Source: Halomicronema hongdechloris C2206
Lineage (GTDB): Bacteria; Cyanobacteriota; Cyanobacteriia; Phormidesmidales; Phormidesmidaceae
DNA: 32,000 bases
NCBI RefSeq assembly: GCF_002075285.3
Contig: NZ_CP021983.2
Location: 3,720,001-3,752,000, forward strand
Reading direction: 5' to 3'
Positions within the stretch are counted from its first letter, which is position 1. Each line of letters begins with the position of its first letter. Below are positions 20,296 to 28,263 of the stretch, piece by piece. A program made the position numbers and the translations under genes. The notes under the pieces were generated by a model. It worked only from the letters and a program-made list of their open reading frames with translations. It did no database searches and was not told where the DNA came from.

Positions 20296-20349
20296 CCAGA
20301 ATTGGACTTATTGAAAAACCCAGAATTGGCTATTGAGTCAGACCAATTC
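20296..20349. promoter_or_regulatory. Candidate MocR operator: two direct copies and one inverted copy of CCAGAATTGG/GAATTGG in the divergent intergenic region
   Basis: ccagaattgg at 20296-20305 and 20320-20329 (24 bp start to start), and inverted ccaattc at 20343-20349. All lie between the regulator start (20291) and the PNPOx-family gene start (20399). MocR regulators (GabR, PdxR) are known to bind spaced direct or inverted repeats. Confidence 0.4.
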
Positions 20350-20398
20350 CCCCCTTATCTTACCTCCATAGCGATTACATCAATACGGAGAAATCCCT

Positions 20399-21064
20399 AT
20401 GACTACTTCAAGCATGCTGAAACCCACTGACCGCAGCAAGGTGAAACGCCGGCCCCAAAAAGGACACTACGATCGGGAGTTAATCCATCAAATTTTGGAT
20501 GAGGCCCTTGTGATCCATGTTGGATTTATTGCCAACAACCAGCCCTTCGTCATCCCCATGGGATATGGACGGGACGGTGATTGCCTCTACATCCATGGCA
20601 CATCGGCCAGTCGGATGCTGAAGAGCTTAGAGCAGGGTATTGATGTTTGCGTGACCGCTACGTTGTTGGACGGTTTGGTGATCGCGCGATCGCTGTTCCA
20701 CTACTCCATGAACTATCGATCGGTGGTGCTGTTCGGTCGGGCCACGTTACTTGAAGATGAAGCGGAAAAGACCCAAGCTCTTAAAGTATTGTCGGAACAT
20801 ATGGTTCCCGGTAGCTGGGAACAGGCTCGCAGGCCCACGGCTCAAGAGGTCAAGGCGACCAAAGTATTGGTATTCCCCATTGAAGAAGGCTCTGCCAAGG
20901 TCAGCACGGGTGACCCGAAGGATGATGCTTCCGATTACGAATTACCCATCTGGGCCGGGCAGATACCCCTTAAAATTACCCCTGGTGTGCCTATCCCAGA
21001 TTCTAAACTGGCTGACGGTATCGCCATTCCTGAAAACCTACTGAAGTATCACCGAGGGGGTTAG
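20399..21064 (+). CDS. Pyridoxamine 5'-phosphate oxidase-family (FMN-binding split-barrel) protein
   Basis: About 220 aa. The pattern RRP.KG.YDRE.I..ILDE....HVGF...QPFVIPM.Y.RDGD.LYIHGS..SR, later SMNYRSVV.FG, is typical of PNPOx-like flavoproteins. Divergent from a MocR regulator, a common pairing. Confidence 0.68.
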   Translation: MTTSSMLKPTDRSKVKRRPQKGHYDRELIHQILDEALVIHVGFIANNQPFVIPMGYGRDGDCLYIHGTSASRMLKSLEQGIDVCVTATLLDGLVIARSLFHYSMNYRSVVLFGRATLLEDEAEKTQALKVLSEHMVPGSWEQARRPTAQEVKATKVLVFPIEEGSAKVSTGDPKDDASDYELPIWAGQIPLKITPGVPIPDSKLADGIAIPENLLKYHRGG

Positions 21065-21132
21065 GACCAGTCATTACTCATAGCAGATCATCCTCGACTC
21101 AACAAGAATTTAGCCCGAATCGCTTTTTAGAC

Positions 21133-21573
21133 ATGGAAAAAACTTGGATTTTTTTCTACGGCACGTTTATGAGCGCCCAGGTGCTGCGCCAGCACGGCAT
21201 TGACTGTCCTGAAACCTATGCAGCCCGACTGAGCGGATACGCCCTCTCAATCCGTCCCAGGGTAAACCTGACCCCCAGCCCAGAGTCATGGACCTATGGA
21301 GGGTTGGCTTTCATTAGCCACGGAGAAATCGCTAGTCTCTACGAAGACCTGAAGCAGCAGTTTGGAATTGTTTATCATCCCTATCCGGTTGTGGCTGAAC
21401 TGTCTGACCAGACTATGAGAGCGGCCTTGTGTTTTATATCCCCAAATATTCCTGATGCCGCTCCTGATGGGAGCTATGTTGATGAGCTGAGTAAATGCGC
21501 TGAGGAAATGGGGGCTCCCAAAAGCTATATCGACCACATCCAGTCATTTCAAATCTTTAACCCATTGAAATAG
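21133..21573 (+). CDS. Gamma-glutamylcyclotransferase (AIG2/GGCT)-like protein, tentative
   Basis: The N-terminal IFFYGTFMSAQVL resembles the (V/F)YGTLM motif of the GGCT/AIG2 fold, and the size (146 aa) fits. No other motif was recognised. Confidence 0.4.
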   Translation: MEKTWIFFYGTFMSAQVLRQHGIDCPETYAARLSGYALSIRPRVNLTPSPESWTYGGLAFISHGEIASLYEDLKQQFGIVYHPYPVVAELSDQTMRAALCFISPNIPDAAPDGSYVDELSKCAEEMGAPKSYIDHIQSFQIFNPLK

Positions 21574-21607
21574 GCCCGGTACCCAAACACTCTGAAGGCA
21601 GTTTCCC

Positions 21608-21998
21608 ATGAACACGCTTGAAACCGAGGCAGGACTGGCCTTAACCCCCGGTTACCAATATGCTCAGCAGGTAAGGCAATCAGCTATTTGTCGCCGGGCA
21701 GGTGCCTCATGATGCGGATGGCAATTTAGTCGGCATTGGTAGTCCCCAAGCCCAGGCCAACCAATGCTTGCAGAATCTGCGTATTTTGATGAATTTGTAT
21801 GGCTTTGGCGACCGCGACATCCGGCCACTCAAGATATACGTGGTGGGTGATCATGCAAATCTCACAGAGGCCTGGAAGGCCGTGACAGAATGGTTTGACA
21901 ACACGGTACCTCCTGCCACGCTGCTGGGGGTTAACCTACTGGGCCATGAAAACCAGCTGGTCGAAATTGACGCGACGATTATCAAGATAGATAGTTAG
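21608..21998 (+). pseudogene. RidA/YjgF/L-PSP family enamine-imine deaminase, interrupted by a 1-nt insertion (or a sequencing error)
   Basis: ATG at 21608 gives MNTLETEAGLALTPGYQYAQQV, then runs into a stop. Removing one A at 21673/21674 (gtaAggcaat) restores ...YAQQVGNQLFVAGQVPHDADGNLVG..., continuous with ORF 21702-21998 (QCLQNL..., VEIDATI). That reading is 129 aa, the typical RidA length. Confidence 0.75.
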
Positions 21999-22301
21999 TC
22001 GGCATTGCGTGCCTGACCTTTGTTGCAATGGCTCGGCATTAAGCATGAGTGGATACATGTCGTGGTCGCGGTTGTTCTTCTGGGTGGGGGCTTTGAGGGC
22101 GGCGACTTTATCCCGCTTGTTGGGGTCGTCGTCTACCAGGTCGGCAATCTTGAGCATCGTGCCGTCAGCCGTCTGCACCCGTTGAAACCCTTGGTAGACC
22201 TGCTCCTGCATGGGGCGCATCCCCAGCTCATTGGATTTGGTGGAGGAGCCGTCTTGGGCGTAGGTGACGGAAACGGAGGGAATAGCGGTTGGTTTGTTCA
22301 T
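21936..22301 (-). CDS. Hypothetical 121-aa ORF translationally coupled to the HEPN gene; possibly a remnant of a larger gene
   Basis: Its ATG overlaps the HEPN stop (ATGA, 22298-22301). The N-terminal TYAQDGSSTKSNELGMRPMQEQVYQ reminds me of the start of large helicase or restriction-type proteins, but the rest does not. Its 3' 63 nt overlaps the convergent RidA gene. Coding status is uncertain. Confidence 0.35.
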   Translation of the reverse strand: MNKPTAIPSVSVTYAQDGSSTKSNELGMRPMQEQVYQGFQRVQTADGTMLKIADLVDDDPNKRDKVAALKAPTQKNNRDHDMYPLMLNAEPLQQRSGTQCRLTIYLDNRRVNFDQLVFMAQ

Positions 22302-22678
22302 ATTGCGCCTATTTCCTGAATGGCCAGGGCTAAAAAATCTTCGGCACGATGGATTTGTTCTGCGGCTTGGTCAACTGTGATGGCATTGAGTTGTCCGTAG
22401 TCGCTAGTGGTGCGGAGTTCTTGAGCTTCAATTAAGAAGCGGTGAAAGTCAGGTGAAACTCGGCGGGGTTTAGCAAATTCTCGTCCAAAGGCAGCAATGA
22501 CGGCAGAATGCTTGGAGAAAGCCAGTCCTTCACCTTCTAGAAAGGCTTCGGCAATGTAGAACATAGAGTAATAAGCGCGGGAGGTAGCATAGTCTGGGTA
22601 GTCGTTGGTGAGCAGGAGTTTTGCTGCTTCTAGGCTTTGCTGAGCTTTGAGCAGGAGTTCTCGTTGCTCGTCGGTCAT
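22298..22678 (-). CDS. HEPN domain protein (toxin component of an MNT-HEPN module)
   Basis: 126 aa, all-helical HEPN pattern (LLKAQQSLEAAKLLL..DYPDYATSRAYYSMFYIAEAFL, ...ELRTTSDYG). The start overlaps the MNT stop by 4 nt (ATGA). Confidence 0.8.
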   Translation of the reverse strand: MTDEQRELLLKAQQSLEAAKLLLTNDYPDYATSRAYYSMFYIAEAFLEGEGLAFSKHSAVIAAFGREFAKPRRVSPDFHRFLIEAQELRTTSDYGQLNAITVDQAAEQIHRAEDFLALAIQEIGAI

Positions 22679-23043
22679 AGTAAGACTCCTTCTTCGCGGA
22701 TATTACGAAGTAATGCACTGTTGCGAGTTTGGTAGTGGGTTTCGTCCATGAAGAGGCAACTAATCACCACATCATGGTGAAGGGAGAGATCCGCCACAAT
22801 TTTGCCTGTGCGTTTGATTTCTTCGCCGGGATTGACGGGCGATTCTGCTCCGCAGTCACTGGGCGATTCTCCTTCGGAGACACTGCGTGAACGCAATACC
22901 ACCAAAACATCAATATCTGACTCTGGTTCACTATCTCCACGGGCTTGGGACCCAAAGAGGGTGAGGTGACTCAGGCGATCGCCGTAGAGTGTAGTCAGGT
23001 CTTGTTTAAGCTGGTTGAGGATGGGTTGAAGAGTCGGATTCAT
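22675..23043 (-). CDS. Minimal nucleotidyltransferase (MNT) domain protein (antitoxin component)
   Basis: Pol-beta-type NTase motif LFGSQARGDSEPESDIDVLVVL (GSxxxG...DxD). Immediately upstream of and overlapping the HEPN gene. Confidence 0.85.
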   Translation of the reverse strand: MNPTLQPILNQLKQDLTTLYGDRLSHLTLFGSQARGDSEPESDIDVLVVLRSRSVSEGESPSDCGAESPVNPGEEIKRTGKIVADLSLHHDVVISCLFMDETHYQTRNSALLRNIREEGVLL

Positions 23044-23071
23044 ACGAGATTGTCCAGACTGGCAACGGTGT

Positions 23072-23680
23072 TTAGTACAGCGGCAGAATATCGTCTAACC
23101 GAAGCTGCAAATTGGGGAGTAGTGCCGACGCGATCGCCTCACCCAGTCGGTATTGATGCTGGTTGTACTCATCACCTGCTAGTTGGCAGACGGTGAAGGT
23201 GGGTTGTTTGGGTTTGCCGATAAAGGCGATGCCGCCGATGCCGCGATAATCCACGATCCAATATTCGGGAATGCCAAACAGGGCATATTCTTCGACTTTG
23301 CGGGCGTAGTCGGTTTCCCAATTGCTGCTGACGACTTCGACCACTAGTTTGATGGAGTGGCCAAGGGTAATGACAGGCTGCCGTTGCCAAAGCAGTTCAT
23401 TGGCCAGGGCCGTTTCATCAAGCACGACAATATCAGGCCGACGGGCTGTGGCGGTATCGGCGAAGGGTTGAATCAGACAGGTACGGGGAATAAACCAGGG
23501 CTGGCTAGCCTGGGTAATCGCCATGCCGATGTGGGTAGCGAGCTTGCCGCCAACGGTTTCATGGGGGCCAGTCGGTTCCATATCAATCAGTTCTCCATCG
23601 GCCAATTCGTAGCGGGGATTATCGCCGTATTGGGTAAGGAATTCGTCGACGGTGAGGGTTTGTGTTGGGGTGTATGTCAT
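23072..23680 (-). CDS. Uma2-family (DUF820) putative endonuclease
   Basis: Typical Uma2 pattern: TVDEFL......RYELADGELI.MEPTG.HE, PDIVVL, VVEVVS, KVEEYALFGIPEYWIVD. Only 28 bp upstream of the MNT gene on the same strand. Confidence 0.85.
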   Translation of the reverse strand: MTYTPTQTLTVDEFLTQYGDNPRYELADGELIDMEPTGPHETVGGKLATHIGMAITQASQPWFIPRTCLIQPFADTATARRPDIVVLDETALANELLWQRQPVITLGHSIKLVVEVVSSNWETDYARKVEEYALFGIPEYWIVDYRGIGGIAFIGKPKQPTFTVCQLAGDEYNQHQYRLGEAIASALLPNLQLRLDDILPLY

Positions 23681-23803
23681 GGCGCTGGTGGGGGCGAATA
23701 GGGCGACGATGGCTTACTGGGTAGTTATGGGAACTCGGTATCTATGCGATCTGGTAGGTCACCTGCTTTTCTACTAAGGGGTCTTGCCAATCAGTTGTCA
23801 TTT

Positions 23804-24106
23804 TTAGCCCTCTTGAACAGCAACCGCGACAACTTGCAAACGTAAGCCTAAGGCTCGCAAAACCTTAAGCACAGTGGCAAACTCTGGGTTACCTTCCCTC
23901 GATAGGGCTTTATAAAGACTTTCACGCCCTAATCCGGTTGCCTGGGCGAGCTGGGTCATGCCTTTAGAACGCGCAATATCGCCTAACGCCGCTGTCACAA
24001 GGCTGGGATCGTCTTCTTCTAGCGCTGCTTGCAAATAGGCAATGATATCTTCCTGGGTTTCTAGATGGTCGGACGCATCCCAAGGATAGGTTTGTAGTTT
24101 GGTCAT
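23804..24106 (-). CDS. Addiction-module antidote protein (HigA-type HTH antitoxin)
   Basis: WDASDHLETQEDIIAYLQAALEEDDPSLVTAALGDIARSKGMTQLAQATGLGRESLYKALSREGNPEFATVLKVLRALGL is the characteristic sequence of the antidote partner of HigB-like killer proteins. Confidence 0.82.
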   Translation of the reverse strand: MTKLQTYPWDASDHLETQEDIIAYLQAALEEDDPSLVTAALGDIARSKGMTQLAQATGLGRESLYKALSREGNPEFATVLKVLRALGLRLQVVAVAVQEG

Positions 24107-24116
24107 CGTGGCTCTC

Positions 24117-24313
24117 CTATACCTTTTTCGCTAGTTCCAAGGCTGCTTTAATATCGCGTTTTTGAGTCTTGTTATCGCCTTCTGCTAAAAGGATGACTAA
24201 GGTCTCGCCACGTTGGATGAAATACACCCGATACTCTGGGCCATAGTTAATCCGTAGTTCTGAGACGCCTTGACCCACTCCATGTAAGTCTGGGCCTGGC
24301 GAATCTCAATCAT
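24117..24313 (-). pseudogene. Addiction-module killer protein (HigB/RelE-like), with internal deletion and frameshift
   Basis: The minus strand reads MIEIRQAQTYMEWVKA in one frame. A second frame then reads VSELRINYGPEYRVYFIQRGETLVILLAEGDNKTQKRDIKAALELAKKV*. The central roughly 30 aa expected in this family is missing, and the length (197 nt) is not a multiple of 3. Confidence 0.72.
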
Positions 24314-24321
24314 GGCGCGAT

Positions 24322-24339
24322 CGTATCCTGTGGGATACG
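24322..24339. promoter_or_regulatory. Perfect 7-bp-arm palindrome just upstream of the HigB-like start; candidate HigA operator
   Basis: CGTATCC-tgtg-GGATACG lies 9 bp upstream of the ATG at 24313. Type II antitoxins usually autoregulate through palindromes at this position. Confidence 0.3.
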
Positions 24340-24492
24340 TAAACGTCTAGGAACTGATGGCTGATTGAACACATTGGGGGTTATGAGGCGGTCATTATTC
24401 CCCCACTAAGGAAGCTCCCAAACACAAAGCTGGCCTCGCTAAACGCCAAGCCAGCCTATTCCGGAGAGTTAATTCAGAGGTCGTGTAACATC

Positions 24493-24978
24493 CTAACCGA
24501 CAGACGCGGGCTCAGCCGCTGCCGATCGCCCCCGACTCCCCTGATGGGCAAACCGCTGCCCCATCTCATCAATCAGATCATCCAACCCCGCCACATTGCC
24601 ATTCGCCTTAGCGTAGCGATACACCTCCAGCGCTGCCCGATAAGCCTCATCACCGGCGGCGACCGCCGTATCATCCATCAACTCCCGCAGCCGCGTCAGC
24701 GCCAGCAGCATCGGCTGCAGCGCCTCAAACAGCTCAAAGTCTCGCCGCATTTCCTCGAGATCAAACGAGCGGGGCAAAAAGTCGGGGGTCTGAGTCGCAA
24801 TCTCTAGCACCTTCTGGGTAAATTCCCGATTTCGGGCTCCCAGCTTGGCCATGCCCCGCCGTTCCTCTGGTCCCACGTCGATCAAGAACAAAAGCTTCTG
24901 GTTAATCTGCGCGATTAACTCCATGACTTCTGTGCGATCGCTGTCAGACAGTGCCGAACTAATCCGATTTACAGACAT
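24493..24978 (-). CDS. Hypothetical protein, 161 aa, helical, function unknown
   Basis: ATG start and protein-like composition with no repeats. A 39-nt near-identical copy of its 3' part occurs at 18756-18794, implying a paralogue once existed. No motif I can name. Confidence 0.6.
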   Translation of the reverse strand: MSVNRISSALSDSDRTEVMELIAQINQKLLFLIDVGPEERRGMAKLGARNREFTQKVLEIATQTPDFLPRSFDLEEMRRDFELFEALQPMLLALTRLRELMDDTAVAAGDEAYRAALEVYRYAKANGNVAGLDDLIDEMGQRFAHQGSRGRSAAAEPASVG

Positions 24979-25098
24979 TGCAATATACTCCTACGGTTTA
25001 CCTACTTAAAGTACCCAAGGCAATTTGGAGAATAGAGCAGAGAAAAGAAAAAAAGAAGATAAAAGAATGGGCAAAAACATGGTTGGCTGATCCTAATC

Positions 25099-25324
25099 AC
25101 CTGGTTGACTGACAAAACCTGTGAAAACCTCATGCTTTGGTAGGTTGGGTGGAGCGCTAGCATAACCCAACAAAACCGTCGCTGGTGTTGGGCTCATTGA
25201 CTGACAAAACCCGCTAGAACCCAGACTATCCAAAGGGTCAGGGAACCTGCCCCCTACAGCATCCGAAATCTGGTAAGGGCGCGGTTTCCGCGCCCAATGC
25301 AGAATCTTTTGTCAGTCAACCAGG
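25099..25324. repeat. MITE-like non-coding element bounded by 18-bp inverted repeats, with an internal repeat copy and stable hairpins
   Basis: cctggttgactgacaaaa (25099-25116) matches its reverse complement ttttgtcagtcaaccagg (25307-25324). A third, direct copy ttgactgacaaaac lies at 25197-25210. Perfect hairpin GGGCGCGG-ttt-CCGCGCCC at 25277-25295. Competing stems: GTTGGGT (25144) or TGTTGGG (25186) against ACCCAACA (25165). Confidence 0.4.
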
Positions 25325-25340
25325 GTATCGGGTCACGGTA

Positions 25341-25631
25341 GTGCTGTGCACGGCTACTCAGCCTGCGCTGCAAGGGGAAACGCCTTACCTGCAAGGATTT
25401 GCGCCTGACTGGGTGCGAGACATTATTCCTCCCCCCCAAGCCACGCAACAGTTTGCGGCTCTGAGCCGAGTCCGGTATGAGGTGCCCGCAGTTCCCTGGA
25501 GTTGGGCCGATATCGCGACTGATCTAGGCACTAGTCTCTCGAGAGGTGATCGACAAATAGAAGCCTTGCTTAATAAGGGTTTCGGAGAATTGATGTCAAA
25601 AGCCTCAAACCCCTTTAAAGGAGTCAAATAG
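25341..25631 (+). pseudogene. Possible internal fragment of an SF2 helicase (Cas3/DEAH-like); no proper start
   Basis: VLCTATQPALQGETPYLQGFAPDWVRDIIPPP..FAALSRVRY resembles the motif-III region (xxTATQPxL) and following segment of Cas3-type or restriction-type helicases. It begins right after an in-frame TAG adjacent to the MITE-like element. Recognition is from memory only. Confidence 0.3.
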
Positions 25632-25695
25632 ACCATTTGCTGCATAACGGTGAAGGTCAGTGGTGGCTATTAGTTTTGAGTCCTACCAACAACTT

Positions 25696-26221
<526 letters not shown>

Positions 26222-26393
26222 TTACGGACAACCGCAGGAGTAATAAAGGCGTAAAAGGAACTTAACGTCTCAACTCCGCCAGTTGAATTAACTCGTCTAC
26301 TGCTAAACGCACTCCCAAGCGGATTTTTTCTAAATCAGCACGAACAGCATTGTATCGTCTATTATGAGCTGATCGATCGCCAATAGCTTTCAA

Positions 26394-27865
26394 GTAATTA
26401 GTCACCGCAACAAGACCCGCCAGTTGCGAAACAGGCAAAAGTCGGTAGAGTAGAGGACATGAAAAAGCCACCGCAGCCAGAGCCAACCCTCTCCGAGATC
26501 GACCCTGAGCGAGAAGCTCAGGAAGCTAACCCGGCGGACCAGTGAAACCAGCTCACAGCCGCCATCCTCTGATGGCCCCAAGAAACCGAAGCGGGATCAG
26601 CAAAAGCCTCAGCGAAAACGAGGCCCCAAATACAACCACCCTGACACGACCCGCCATGGCTTTGGTTGGATTGACCACAGCGTGTTACTCGACATGCAGA
26701 GTTGCCCGATCTGCGGCGGTGCAGTGGAGCGCCAACCCCAAGGGACAAAGCGACAGCAAGTGGCCGAATTAGTGCCAGAGCTCGTCGAGATTTGGGAGTA
26801 CGAGCGACCGTTGTATCGGTGTCCCGCCTGCGAGTGGCAAGGCTATCAGGACTTGCCGCTGGGATGCCGGGAGGGGTTTAGCTATGGCGGCCGCTTGAGT
26901 AGTGTGGTGGGTTGGCTGGGGTATGGCGGCAACTTATCGTGGTCAAAACAGCGCTATGTGGTCGAGAGTATCTTCGGGATTCCGATGTCTCAGGGGAGTT
27001 TGGCGAAGCTGCATCAGTGGTTTTGCGAGGCCTTACAACCGGCCTATGAGCACTGGTGGAGCTGGATTCAACAGCCGGGGGTGCGCTGTGTCGATGAGAC
27101 CAGTTATCGCTTGAACGGGGTGAATCATTGGCTGTGGATTGCCACCGCCCCCGAGTGCTGTGTGCTGTTCTTTGCCCCTACCCGCAGTTCGGCAGAAGTC
27201 AACGCGCTTTTGGGAGGCGAGTTTGCGGGCGTCCTCAGCAGCGACTGCTGGTCCGCCTACGGGCCGCAATCGGCCGCCGCCAAGCAGAAATGCTGGGCCC
27301 ACATTGAGCGGGACTTAAAGGCATTGACAATCTCTCGCTTCCCGGAAAATCGAGAGTTCGCCCAGCGCATCTTGCCGATTATTCAGACCGCTCAGCAGGC
27401 CCACCGGGACTATCATTGGGGTCAATTCAGTCTCGGCGAACTCCAAGCGCTGCGGCCGATTGTCGAGGCAGAATTAGCCCATGTGCTTGAGCACCCCCCC
27501 AACGGGCGTTGGACCGCTGATTCTCAAGCCTTGAGCAACCGGTTTCGTCGCTATTGCTCAGACTGGTTTACCTTTCTCTCTCAGCCTGAGGTTAACCCGG
27601 ACAACAATGATGCGGAGCGAGGCCTACGGCCGGTGGTGATTCATCGCAACGTCAGTGGCGGTGCCCGCAGTGAGTGGGGGGCTCAGCTCGTGGCGATGAT
27701 GGTCAGCTTCCTCGAATCGATGCGCCGTCAGGGTGAAAACGCGGTAGACCAGCTCTTTGAGCTCCTCGCCGCGTCAGGGTGCTCGCCTCCTGTTCTGTTA
27801 CCAGGATAAGTCTGGGTCGTCAGAGGCTTTCTCATTAAGCCTCTACTATTGCGGTGACCAGTTAC
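26394..27865 (+). mobile_element. IS66-family insertion sequence (single-ORF type), about 1.47 kb, with terminal inverted repeats; transposase damaged
   Basis: IRL GTAATTAGTCACCGCAA (26394-26410) versus the reverse complement of the right end GTAACTGGTCACCGCAA (27849-27865), 15/17 identical. The terminal GTAA is typical of IS66. The 8-bp flanks differ (gctttcaa / gtctatcc), so no target-site duplication is visible. Confidence 0.72.
26459..27809 (+). pseudogene. IS66-family transposase with N-terminal deletion and frameshift
   Basis: ATG at 26459 gives MKKPPQPEPTLSEIDPEREAQEANPADQ*. The main frame is open from 26463 with no ATG (...SETSSQPPSSDGPKKPKRDQQKPQRKRGPKYNHP...). It continues through the zinc-finger CPICGG...CPAC and the DDE_Tnp_IS66 core to 27809. 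The distance from the ATG to the PPSSD box is only about 33 codons, so the usual coiled-coil segment is missing. Confidence 0.8.
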
Positions 27866-27938
27866 GTCTATCCAGCCTGATATAGAGTGAGCCAATCCAT
27901 AGAAAATGAACCGAATTGCTGTACCAGGAACTTAGGTC

Positions 27939-28151
27939 ATGAAAACAATCAAAGACTTGACAATTGACGAATTCAAACTCTTAATTCGAGAGACTCTGGC
28001 AGAGGTTCTCCAGGAAATATTGATTGATTCCGATGAGGGTAAATCTCTCAAGCCTGAATTCAAGGAGGAACTCACCAAAATCCGAGAAAGACGTGCCTCA
28101 GGCGAAACCACTCCCCTTTCTTCAGAGGAGGTTATAGCTCGTCTGGGATGA
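27939..28151 (+). CDS. Small acidic antitoxin-like protein (70 aa), tentative
   Basis: MKTIKDLTIDEFKLLIRETLAEVLQEIL...SGETTPLSSEEVIARLG resembles small cyanobacterial antitoxins that precede RelE/ParE toxins. It is followed 8 nt later by ATG 28160 encoding MNYAVQYDPQAARE, a RelE/ParE-like N-terminus that then degenerates. Confidence 0.4.
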   Translation: MKTIKDLTIDEFKLLIRETLAEVLQEILIDSDEGKSLKPEFKEELTKIRERRASGETTPLSSEEVIARLG

Positions 28152-28263
28152 TAGCGTTCATGAACTATGCAGTACAGTACGATCCGCAGGCAGCTAGAGA
28201 GTGTTCTGATTTCTGTGTAACCTTCGGTTCTGGGCACGGAAAATCAAGGGTTCCAGGCTGGTC

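Noticed and set aside
25099-25324. The TTGACTGACAAAAC repeats as a mini CRISPR array next to a Cas3-like fragment
   Set aside because: There are only three copies, one of them inverted. Spacing is unequal (96 and about 110 bp) and the repeat core is only 14-18 nt. An inverted-repeat (MITE-like) architecture fits better.
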